Shown one piece after another: positions 13,101-23,909 of a stretch of DNA of 64,000 nt. Position 1 is the first letter of the stretch. The number at the start of each line of letters is the position of its first letter. The stretch covers positions 21,266,001-21,330,000 of the forward strand of contig CM120646.1 of the NCBI GenBank assembly GCA_051362555.1, given 5' to 3'. The translations under genes and the position numbers were made by a program. The notes below the pieces were generated by a model. That model was not told where the DNA came from and did not search any database. It saw only the letters and a program-made list of their open reading frames with translations. The DNA is from Lingula anatina. Lineage: Eukaryota > Animalia > Brachiopoda.

Positions 13101-16100
13101 AAAGATGCCTTCTGATTGGATAAGTCAGCTTTCATATTAACTAATTCGCTTTCCTTTGCTGAGAGTGCTTCTTGGAATTCTTTCTGCTGCTTTTCTGTGC
13201 TCAATTTCATGGCTTCAAGCTCAGACAAAAGATTTTCTGCCTTTTCCTTTTCTTCATCTCTTTGCTCCAAGGAAAATGTAATCTCCTTCTAGATATTACA
13301 AAAGGTACATTATATGTTTAGTCTTCACAACAGTATATTGATTATTTTCCATACTGCAAATATATCAAATTAATGCAATTCATTTTTATCACTTAAGCTA
13401 TATGAAATCATTATTTAACTGTTGTCTACTTTTCAATAAAAATTGTATTTAACTTATATCCTTCATATTAATGACAACTTTCAAATATTTAAAGACAGTG
13501 CGGCTACAATATTACTCCTGCTATACTCATGATACAAAGTTTGAATTATACCTGTAATTCCTTCAAATCTTGCAATCTTTTATCCTCAGCCTTCTTGAGT
13601 TCTTCTTTAAGGTGACCAACATCTGTATGAAGTCTTGTTGCCACAGAATCTTTTTTGCTGACAAGTTCCTTCAAGTCCTCTATCTGTTTGCCGAGATCAC
13701 AGTTTTCTTTCTGAGCTGCCTGCAGCATTTCTTTCCCCATATCCTCCTTCTCCATTGCACTCTGAACTATTTCTTTCAGACTGGAATCTTTTGACTGTAA
13801 TTTCTCAAACTGGGTTTCGCAGTCTCTCTGCAATTCCCTGTTCTCAGCTTCCAAACTTTGTAATTTTTCATTGAATTTTTGTGCCTCTCTCTCCTTTTCC
13901 TCTTCCAAGATTTTTGTCTTTTGCAACAGATCGCTGACTGTTGATTTCAGGTCAGATGTTGTCTGCTCAGACACCGTCAATTTTTCCAGCAACTCCTGAA
14001 CATGCTTAGCAGACTCCAGCTGATTGGAAGCATTATTGTCCTTGAAATGGATCAACTCCTCTACTCTTTTCATTAAACTCATGTTATTTTCCCCTAAAGT
14101 TGTCACTTTCACTTCCAGACTTTTTACAGTTTCAGTTTGCTTTTGATTTTCACTTTCCTTGCTTTGAAGATCTTGGGCAAGGCCTTTTAATTTTAATTGA
14201 AGATCAGAATTTGTTTTTTCAAGTTCCTGGATTTTTGTAAATTGTTCGGTTTCCTGTTCCTTTAGTTTCTGAACTAGAGAATCTGCCTCTTTCTTGTGTT
14301 GTCTGCCACTTTCACTGTTTTCTGAGACAGACGTCTCCAGTTCAAGTATCCTTTGTTTCAAGTTCTCTTCTTTTTCATGCCATGTCTCCTGCTTCAGCTG
14401 AAGCTCATTGGACAGCTTCTCACACCTGATTTAAAAAAATTCTCTGTTTTACTGAAATTTGACATCAACAGGACAAAATATTCAAGTCTGCAATAATCCA
14501 CTAGCTACTAACAATAAAAGACTGGCCATTACGTAGTCTAATACATTACATTTTTTGTATGTTTGTTTTATGAAAAAGACTTGATATACCGTTTAATTGA
14601 ACAACTAATTGTTTCAAGTCAAAGCAGCCTAACATTATGGTCTAGAAATTTAGAGCAATTTCTGATCCCCACTTCTGCCATTGGTCTATACCTGACTTCC
14701 AGTGCCCCGCATGCCTCCCTCAGCTCCTCCATCTTCCCCTCCTTGTCTTCTACAGTTTTGGTTAATTTCTCCTTCACTCCTTCCATCTCTTCTATTTTTA
14801 GCAACAAATCAGTCCTCATTGTCGCTGCGCGATCCAGGTCAAGCTGCAGCTGCTCTACCTCCGATTCTGATGGTGTCAGTAAGGGAGGACCCTCACTTTT
14901 TGGGGTTTCCTAAAATAAACCAAGGGCCATATTGAGATACGCTGGGTAGGTCTTTCTGGTATGTATTAACAAGCCTACAGGAGAGAGGTGTGTGCAGGCC
15001 CATTGCCTGGGGGGGGGGGGGGGGGGGGGGTTGGAGGGGTTCCAAAGAACCCCAATTTTTGCTAAAGAAAAGGTCCTCTGTGGATAAAATTTTGTCTAGG
15101 TACATGTACATGAAGGTTTCATGATAAAAGGTCCACTTTTTCAGAAGTAGAACCTCCCTTTTGAAAATGCTGGCTACAGACCTGGTGTGGGGACCCTGAA
15201 TCACAAGTAACTGACCAACATCACTGCACCTCAGTGACAATCTAGAAGTTTTTTTTTTTTTTTTTTTTAAATTTCCCATACCAAGGACGTTTCATACCAT
15301 AGACACTTTCGTGCGTGTGTAATACCATGTTATTTCTGCTGTGCAAAGGACACTTAAAATGCAACTTTTAATTGGATTAATTCAATCTGAAACACATCCA
15401 AAAAGTGCCAGTAGGTTGTGGTTGTAGGAATAAAGACATTTTACACCAATATTTGTGCCATTTTAACAGGAGGGATACATGACAAAAAACATGTAAAAAA
15501 ATTCTTTTCAATTCAAACAATACAAAATTGCTTTTAGTTTGCATGAGGAAGATATTCTAAAGGCTCGGGTTACTACTTAAAGCTGAAAATAGAAATGAAA
15601 GAAAAGAGACATTGACACACGAAGCATGCAAGTTAAACAGATAATACATAACACTTCACTGAATATCATACCTTTGAGAAAAACAGACTTCAGACATCCA
15701 TAGTGAAACATAAAACCTCTTTATCAAAACCATACAAAGCGTAAAAGAGCATGATGATTACGAACATCGCAATTCGATCACTTTCTAACTTGGGTAACAG
15801 TGACAGACAGAAGCCCGTGTTATTGCACAATCAGAGTTGCTCCATTGTTAGGAAAACAAAATGAAAAGCAACCATGTGGGCAGCAGTCTAGGAGACATGA
15901 GAATAAATAAAATGGAAAACAGAAGAGGTGGACCTAGGTAAGTGTAGATAGAGCACCTTTCCCTGGGCGCCACTGGCAGGGAGCGCCACCTGAAAAGGGT
16001 GCCAGTGAGAGATCTTTACCTTAGTGAAAGCAAGGGAGAAGCCACTGGTATTTTAAGCAGTGCCAAAACATGTTGATTTTCACATCAACAAAGCTGACTT

Positions 16101-19048
16101 GTATTTTAAGCTGACTTTACAGGAAAAATTATCCAAATAAAATTGGTTTCAGATGTCTTGATGGGTGTTAATTCAGTGCTTGTCATACGGGTAGGTGTCA
16201 CTGAGTAGGTATGCCTCCTATTTTAACATGCAGGAATGGGTCTGAGAGCATAAAACTCCACTGATGGATTCTTGCTAAAAAGTCTTAGTTTTGTGACCAA
16301 TGGCAAATAATAATTTCCATAACTCTTTTTGCACTTGGTCATGTACTGGAACTTGAAATGTAGCCAAAGGTTTTAAAATCTCATCAGCAAGAACCCAAGG
16401 TGGTGGGAATGTTATCTGGTATGCAGGATGAGGTATATGGAATATTATGAAAGCAAGACAACCTGCTCTTGCCATCCACCCCAGTTAGTGGAATCTATCT
16501 CTAATTCTGGAATTTCTTCACTCAGTTTTACTACCACTCCGGGAGACTCCTAGAAAACAAGGCACAGCTACAGGTACACGTACTACATAGCATGAAACAC
16601 ACAAAAGTATGAGTAGAATGCTTCTAAATTAAGTACAGGGAGACAGACGTGGAAAATCATGCATCTCCTTCCTGTATAAGTGAAAATGGAATATCTTAAT
16701 GTCATCATGGACATTACTACTTGAATTCATTAAATAAAACCTCACTACATTTCAAATTTCAATCTGTAACATTACTTTCATACTTTTTGAAGCAAATTTT
16801 TTTTCAAAGTCCCTTTTGCAACATCATCTCAATTGCGATTTCTGTAAGTCCGGTAAAAAAAATCAAAAATACTACAATATATGGAGAGTGCAGTTCATAA
16901 ATGGCTACTCACATTGGGTATGCTGAGGAGGCTGTTCATACTAGAGGTTCTACTAGGGGGGTTCCACCCCTTGGGCGAGCCAAACGTCTTCCTAGAAGAG
17001 AACAGATGTATGTGGTAGTCAGAAGTCACTGTACTTTGTTATTAACAGTTAAGACTTGTACTTAAACCAATCTAAATTTTTTGTAAGTGCCAATATCGCA
17101 TTTCACATTATTATTATTATTTTGGGGGGATAGGGTACTTTGGAACAAGTCTGAGACATCTTTTACAAACAATGACAATACAGATATTCTTATTCTTAAA
17201 ATTCAATAATTCTTGAACTCTATTAATAAATGTTTAAGAAATAGTTCAAAATTATTTTATTGACAGAAACAATTGCTCCAGAAAATATTCTTTTGGATAA
17301 AAAATTACTAAAAGAAAGAACTAAAAGAAATTTCACAAACTTGGCAAATGTCGGCCACGTTGCATCAAGGTCGTATCCATGGGGAGCAAGGTCAAACTGC
17401 ACTTCATTGAGGTCATACATGCTGGCTATCACCTCCATAGAGTATTCATGCATTAGCCAGACTGAGCCTGCGTAGTACCAGTCACTGGAAGAAGAAGAAA
17501 ACTGCAAATGAGTTTCCATTCAATTTTTACGTCATCAATAATTTCATCAATCAAGTGTATAATAAATCTCTTCATGTACATCTTACAAAGAGGAGTGTGT
17601 AATGTTGACAAAGGAAAAATGTCAAAATTCTGAATTCTTTTTTTTTTTCTGTATAAAGTTCTCATTCATGAAAAATTCTCTCTAAGACTTCCACTGCGCT
17701 GTGGCCAATTTTATAAAAGAACTTTTGACTGAATGTTGGTCTTTACATTGTGATTTCTTGATCACACCCACTTTGTGATATAGTTATGCCCCCCTTGTAA
17801 TATTTTAAAAAACCCACCTTGTGACCTTCTTATTTACCACACCTACCGTGTGACCTAATTACACCTTCCTGTGACCTAATTGCACCCACCCTGTGATTTT
17901 AAAAAAACCCACCTGGTGACCTTCCCATTCATAGCACACTGCTGTATGGAGTCTGCCAGTCTTTGATGTACCAAAGCAAACCTAATAAACCCACGCCCCT
18001 TGCCTAAATTGGTCTTCAACTGAAATGTTATAATGTCAGTGTATTATCATATCAAAATATAGTCAGTGGAGATAAAATATATCACTTACTTTATCAAACA
18101 CATGTTAGTACAAATTTTGAAAAATAATTGAAAGTGATAATATAATCTCTAACTTAGACTATGGCTGAAAATGGTAAGGTTACTGACAAAGAGCGCATTC
18201 TCAACAAAGTAAGCCAGGCTTTACAAAGCCAGTGACCTAAAAATGGCAGACGTACATGAAAGAAAAACCGCCTAATCTTTTAATAGTCTCTCCGCCTCCC
18301 CACACGTCGTCCCTGCGGGGTACAGTAATTAAATCGCGTCTCCGTTCGCCATGCGGAAGCTACCTGAGAAATATTAAGTGCGCATGCTCATCAGTTAAAC
18401 TCGTGGTGAAGAAAGCATTGCGGCTGAGGGCGATCGAAGGAAAAAAGCTCTTCTGTTTTATTATCTTTGAAAACAGAGACGAAAAAGGAATAATTTGGCC
18501 CGTAGAGCAGCAATGAATCGACTATCTACGGAGATAATATCACCAGAGATATTCACGGAAATATAAATGTTCGGAGCCGAGATTTAATTACTGTACCCCG
18601 CAGGGACGACGTGTGGGGAGGCGTGTGAGAGGCGGAGAGACTATTAAAAGATTAGGCGGTTTTTCTTTCATGTACGTCCGCCATTTTTAGGTCACCGGCT
18701 TTGTAAAGCCTGGCGTACTTCGTTGAGAATGCGCTCAAAGATTTTAAATTAAGAAATTATCCTTTACCAAGGAGGGAAGGTCTTGTACGTAATTGAAATC
18801 AAAGAAAATAACAAAATTACACTTAATAGCATAAGCCCTGTCAGTGTGGCCCCTTCATCTAGCGCTAAATATAAATTTTACCCCAAACAATGAATCTAAT
18901 TTCCTCGTCAGTGTTAACTGCCAACTGTACCTCAGAGAGTGATTTCACAAACTTGATGCCATCATTGAGACCCTTGGTTGATCCCAGACAATCACAGAAG
19001 TAGTTCCAATAGTCCTTCTTTCCTCCTAGGAGAGTGGTCTTGGCTGGA

Positions 19049-19103
<55 letters not shown>

Positions 19104-20307
19104 TTAATTAAAGAAACAATAAGAACAACAACCACAATGGCATCCAATAATTATCTTATCACAGATGACTACTACTACTGATCATGATTATTTTAACTTA
19201 AAGTATGTACTCTGTACACAAGCAATTTGGTCTGAAGTTAAGCCTAACTTGAAACATGAAGTTTTTTTTCTTTCTTTCTTTTTATTATTATAATTTTTTT
19301 TTTGGGGGGGGGGGATTGGACCCAGACCCCTGGGTGTAAGCAGTCCCTGACAATGACCCCTGGGTGTAAACAGTCCCCGGGGGGAGGGGGGTACTTACCT
19401 TTCTGCTCAGCCTGCAGCAGGTACTCCAGCTTGGCACAGAACCTGTGCAGTGTCTGACAGTCATCTGTGATGGGACAGCCCGTGTCCTGAAAGTCACTCT
19501 TCAGCTCCAGGATACATTCTGCAATGAGAAATTGTATAGATTCCACAACTGTCACTTGCTCATAGGGTTAAGGGATAAGGGGGAATTACAGCTTCAGAGC
19601 CGAAATCACTTCCACATAAACTTTACCTTTATCTTTTAGTTTTAGGCTCCAAAACAAAAAGGTGAATACACCAAAACAGCAAATAGGAGACAGGCCATCC
19701 TCAACGAAAAAGTCATATAAGATCCTATAGAAAATTGGTCTAATATTCTGTTAAATCCTATAGGATTTTATAGCATCCTATTAGGACTTTTTCTTAAGGG
19801 ATAGACTACAGAGATGAATGATGGGCTGCCAGGGCAGGAGGCTACATCAGGGCAAGGCTAGGTATAGCCAAGGCATTATGCTGGGTGTATAAAGAATGTG
19901 GGTTTTTCTCATGCATGAGATTTGCTTTGCTCTTACTTTGTCTTACTTAGGTATATGTAAGACACATGCCGTCTAGTTCTATATCACACTGGGGTACTGT
20001 ACATGTTTGTACAGGTAGTTGTACGATCATAAAGGCCACAGGTCAAAAGTAAGCACCACATACCTGCTATCAAAACATACACTTTGCCAGAGTTTTCAAG
20101 TGAGGAGCAAATTTTGGGAGATGAGTGGTGAAATAAGGTTTTGTTCTAACCGTTTCCAAACAGCTGTCAAACGGCCACGGGAAAGTGGGGGCAAAGTGAA
20201 TCTTGTTAGTTGCGTTTTGCATGCTTACCTTTTAAATCTTGGATCGTTTTTTTAAGAATATTCTGTTGCCTCTTGGTGGGATTCACGGCAGGTAAAGGGC
20301 TCGACAT
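4631..20307 (-). CDS. FYCO1: FYVE and coiled-coil domain autophagy adaptor 1 (FYCO1) orthologue, about 1907 aa, 22 coding exons
   Basis: Manually spliced GT-AG exons with consistent phases: 20307-20229, 19518-19399, 19043-18931, 18019-17913, 17484-17341, 16991-16913, 14909-14692, 14425-13552, 13288-12683, 12445-10607, 10309-10169, 9844-9773, 9591-9544, 9253-9135, 8601-8389, 8005-7854, 7567-7427, 6883-6751, 6427-6275, 5770-5611, 5120-4960, 4682-4631 (sum 5724 nt). The RUN-coiled coil-FYVE-LIR-GOLD order is diagnostic of FYCO1. Confidence 0.95.
6275..6427 (-). CDS. FYCO1: FYCO1 exon carrying the LC3-interacting region (LIR)
   Basis: [17 protein letters not shown] resembles the human FYCO1 extended LIR DDAVFDIITDEEL and sits between FYVE and GOLD. 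Phase 2-2 exon with tag and gtgagt boundaries. Confidence 0.88.
7854..8601 (-). CDS. FYCO1: FYCO1 FYVE zinc finger exons (8601-8389, 8005-7854)
   Basis: [25 protein letters not shown] and RVCNGC: the canonical WxxD, R(R/K)HHCRxCG and RVC FYVE signatures. Confidence 0.95.
9135..14909 (-). CDS. FYCO1: FYCO1 central coiled-coil exons, including a 1839-nt exon (12445-10607)
   Basis: Long E/K/Q/L-rich heptad ORFs (10556-12499, 12665-13270, 13546-14361) bounded by in-phase splice sites. Confidence 0.92.
14994..15184 (+). mobile_element. Degenerate non-autonomous DNA element (CAGGCCCGTAGC...GCTACGGGCCTG family) in a FYCO1 intron
   Basis: Ends caggcccattgc...ggctacagacctg. The interior aligns by eye with the reverse complement of 22022-22354. 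Confidence 0.6.
17341..20307 (-). CDS. FYCO1: FYCO1 N-terminal RUN domain exons
   Basis: [26 protein letters not shown] / [39 protein letters not shown] / [37 protein letters not shown] / [28 protein letters not shown] / DWYYAGS...[20 protein letters not shown]; closely follows the FYCO1 RUN domain as I recall it. Confidence 0.95.
18191..18736. mobile_element. 546-bp MITE, PIF/Harbinger (Tourist-like), copy 1, in FYCO1 intron 3
   Basis: About 145-bp terminal inverted repeats starting GAGCGCATTCTCAAC. 3-bp flanking duplication AAA/AAA. Near-identical copy at 46836-47381. Confidence 0.9.
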
Positions 20308-20560
20308 GTTTCGCGTGCTGATCTCGCCCTCCTCGGGTCAATTTTCAGCCATCTTTTGGTCAAAGTCTCACAACACTTTTGTTATTTGGAACAGGGGAGT
20401 ATTGTACCACCTGACTGACCTTGACCTAGATAGCAGCTGTGTTTACAAACTGTAACGTGGCCTGCGATTAGCTGCTGGAGCAGTTATCTAATACGCTAAA
20501 TTTGATAGGGCGTTAAGAGAAGCACTTCCGCTGGCCTCTTACCTAAGCGGATACAACCAG
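20308..20560 (-). promoter_or_regulatory. FYCO1 5'UTR / proximal promoter
   Basis: CpG-rich relative to the gene body. YY1-like AAGATGGC motif and a short uORF (ATG GCT GAA AAT TGA, 20352-20338). ETS-like CGGAAGTG (cacttccg at 20523-20530). Confidence 0.5.
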
Positions 20561-21031
20561 TTAAAATGATCTTTTGATTAGAAAAAAACAAACTGAATGT
20601 TCATGTTGATGCCAATAATTTTGTAAACAGATTTGAAAAAAATATTTGCTATTTGTACGCCTAAGTTTTCTGATTTTAATCAGAAAATAGACAAATTTAA
20701 AAATAGACAAATGAGTAAAAAAAAAATTAATCAAATAAAAAATAATCAAAAATAAATATTGATTTATTTTTTTACAAACAAATACACATAAAGTGAAAAA
20801 AAAAAACGTTTTACGCCTGAGCGTTTAGTAAATTATCTTGGTATATCTCATTGCGTGCGTGAATCGAGAATCGAGAATCCGTAAGTGATCAAAATGGGTT
20901 TCCCATAAAAGGTGGAAAGGACGGGCTTTGGCAAAACAATTTACGATTTACGCTATATATATATTCCTTTTTAAGATTGAAGCATCAATGCAGAAATGCC
21001 TGTCCCACCGATATAGGCTCTATATAATCAT

Positions 21032-21087
21032 CAGGGGCGGATTTATTTGGAAGACTGTCAGAAAATATATCTCTGGATCCGCCCCTG
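21032..21087. mobile_element. Internally deleted CAGGGGCGGAT...ATCCGCCCCTG MITE (56 bp)
   Basis: 11-bp TIR with 5-bp flanking duplication ATCAT/ATCAT. The interior matches the 3' part of the 22165-22331 copy. Confidence 0.75.
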
Positions 21088-21718
21088 ATCATTGTCATTT
21101 GAGAATTTATTAAAGGAAATTACTGAAAGTAACTCACCTCTTCAGGCCCATATGAACGAATGAAAATGACGCAATAGAGCCAATTTTGCGCATTTTGTGA
21201 ATTCAGTAAGAAGTAGGCCTACGTACCGGACTTATATGCGTTCCGCGTGATTGGCCTTATGTTTCGAGCGTGATGCGTTATTAGAGCCCAATATTCTGCG
21301 TGGAACGTGATTCAGGAATTCTTGGTGATTGGCCTGAATATATAAAACTTGGTGATTGGATGATTGCATGAGCTGTTTTAATCTTGGTGATTTGTTATTA
21401 AGGGGGGGGGTGTATTCCCTACCCTCTATAGGCCTATAGGTCTAGTAAACGTCTCACTACTGCATGCTACCGTAGGGCCGATATAGACCTAATAGGCTAT
21501 AATGGGGGGGGGGGGGGGGATTTAGGTGGTGTCAGGGGGATCCTGACCCCCTCCTTCGATTTCAAATTATTAGTAACAAGGTAAAGACAAAATTTGATAT
21601 TGGTCAAAAAACAGAAAGCTGAATCTTTTACAATTATATTATTGCCATACCAGTCGTAGTGAATATTTTGTATAATGTATATGAGGTACAATTTGATTGT
21701 TTTTCAATCTTCGTAAAG

Positions 21719-22013
21719 CAGTGGCGGATTTAGGAGGGTGTCAGGGGGGTCCGGACCCCCCCTCTCTTCGATTTATAAAAAAAATCACACCAAGGGTCCC
21801 CTCTTGAAATTAGAATTTAGACTAGCTAAAGTATAATTCCAAACTGTAGGTCTACCAAATGGCACCGTTCACCCTCTAAATTACCAAAAAAATCTTCACG
21901 GGCCCCGAACCTCACGCCAATGGCCAATGGGGGGGGAGGGGGGGGGGGGAGGGGGGTCGGCTTCGCATCCGCAGATCCCCCCCCCCCTTTAAATAATCCT
22001 GGATCCGCCCCTG
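21719..22013. mobile_element. CAGTGGCGGAT...ATCCGCCCCTG MITE with a related TIR
   Basis: TIR-like ends and G/C runs inside. A partial copy of its 5' part is at about 21515-21570. The target duplication is imperfect. Confidence 0.6.
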
Positions 22014-22021
22014 GGAAAGCA

Positions 22022-22354
22022 GCCCAGTCTTTTTCTGAAAAAGCGGGCCTTTTACCATAAAACCCTCACGTACATAGATCAAATTTTACCCAGAGCGGAT
22101 CTTTTCCTAGCAAAAAGAGTGGTTCTTTCGACCCCCCCCCCACCCCACCCCAACCCACCGAACCCAGGGGCGGATTTAGGCCGTCTTCTGGGTCTTCTGG
22201 AAGACGGTCAGATTTTCAAGTTAACGTTGACGGGTATCTATTTTTTCTGTTGGAAGACGGTCAAAAATGGAGGATGGGTCAATAAAGATAACTTGGAAGA
22301 CTGTCAGAAAATATCTCTGGATCCGCCCCTGGAACCCCCCTAGCTACGGGCCTG
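22022..22354 (-). mobile_element. CAGGCCCGTAGC-family element interrupted by a nested MITE
   Basis: Ends in gctacgggcctg. The reverse complement aligns with 14994-15184 once 22165-22331 is removed. Confidence 0.6.
22165..22331. mobile_element. Nested 167-bp CAGGGGCGGAT...ATCCGCCCCTG MITE
   Basis: 11-bp TIR with 5-bp flanking duplication GAACC/GAACC. Confidence 0.8.
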
Positions 22355-23034
22355 GAAAAAGTTCATTTCCCATCTAAACTGTGCATCAACCAAGCACCAC
22401 TGAACCCTTAATGATCTAGGCCTACGGTGCTTCTCAAAGCACTTCCAATACGAAATTATGAAGCGTGCGATAAAGAGAAGAAAAGAAATCAAGATAAAGA
22501 GAGAATAGAGTACTCATTTCCGCCGTTTTGTTATCCTTAGTTAACAACTGGTAAGCTCAACAATAGATTTCAATTTATGACATGTAATATTCCAATAAGA
22601 AACGGAAAGGAAAAGCCACGTGAAGGTAGAGAAGATATTTACGGCGGTATCAGTTTCAATAAGAGGTATTAACTGGCGAATATTATACGGCCTTCCTTCA
22701 GGTGCCGAGTTATAAAATCAGACAGAAAAATGGAACAATAAAACCGGACCCACGGATTCTCTTCCCCTCCTCATTTTTTAAATGATAAATATAAATACAT
22801 TAGCGTTTTCTTCAATCAGCTGTATATATAAAGAAAACTTTATATAATGCTTTTAGAAAGATTGATATTGATTCTTTCATTCTACATGTAGTACAATAAT
22901 AAGATGCAAGTACATACAAGAAAACCAATAAATTTGTACCAGTAACAAAGTGAACGCATAGTGACTGTTTTTTTGTTTTGTTTTGTTTTGGTTTTTTTAC
23001 AGTTAAAGGAAAAGCTACAAATTATAATTATACA

Positions 23035-23088
<54 letters not shown>

Positions 23089-23862
23089 GCAACGTGAAAG
23101 CAATAGCAAAAGATTTCACATCAATCTACAGGACCTTTTCTTTTTCTTCAAGAAAGTTCGTCACATTAGTGTTTATAAAAACGGAAATGGATTCAGTAGC
23201 ATATACTGAGGTGAGGTGTTAGGCCGACTCCTGCAACACCCCCAATGGAGCACACCCCCCCCCATCCCCCCCCCACCACCACCACACATAAACACAAACA
23301 CACACACTCTGAAACACAACAACAAAAAAAAAAAAAAAAAAAAAACCCGACAGCTTCCATACACAGAATATATCTAAAAAATCGCAGAAATCAACGTTTT
23401 ATGTATATCCCAAAATTGCAAAGTTGAAAATTAAAGATATCAGGGACATTTTTCTTTAGATGAACATGTATAATGGATCCTACGGCGAATTTGCATTTTG
23501 ACCGGTGAAATATCGGGCTATATCCCTTAATCATGTATCAGTAACATGCGCCGAACTACAAAAATTAAAGCATGCATATTCTGAAACCGCGCATTCTGAC
23601 TGATTAAGGAACCATTTATGGGGCTCTGGCGCCAGAATTAAAATCAACGAAATTGCCTAGCGCCCGTCATAATTTTGAACAGACTTCACGGCTCATGTAT
23701 TCCTAGTATTTTTAATCAGCGATAAATACATAGATTTTTACTGAGACAGTGATATCATAATATGTTAAGGATGTAACACGCCTTCAGGATTTTTTCGCAT
23801 AATCTATTTTTGAAGAACAAAGAAAGTTTCATTGCCAATCAATAAAAATCTCTTAACACAAA

Positions 23863-23909
<47 letters not shown>

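Noticed and set aside
18256-18516. 86-aa ORF duplicated at 46901-47161
   Set aside because: It lies within the TIR and body of a non-autonomous MITE and has no transposase motifs. The duplication reflects the element, not a gene.
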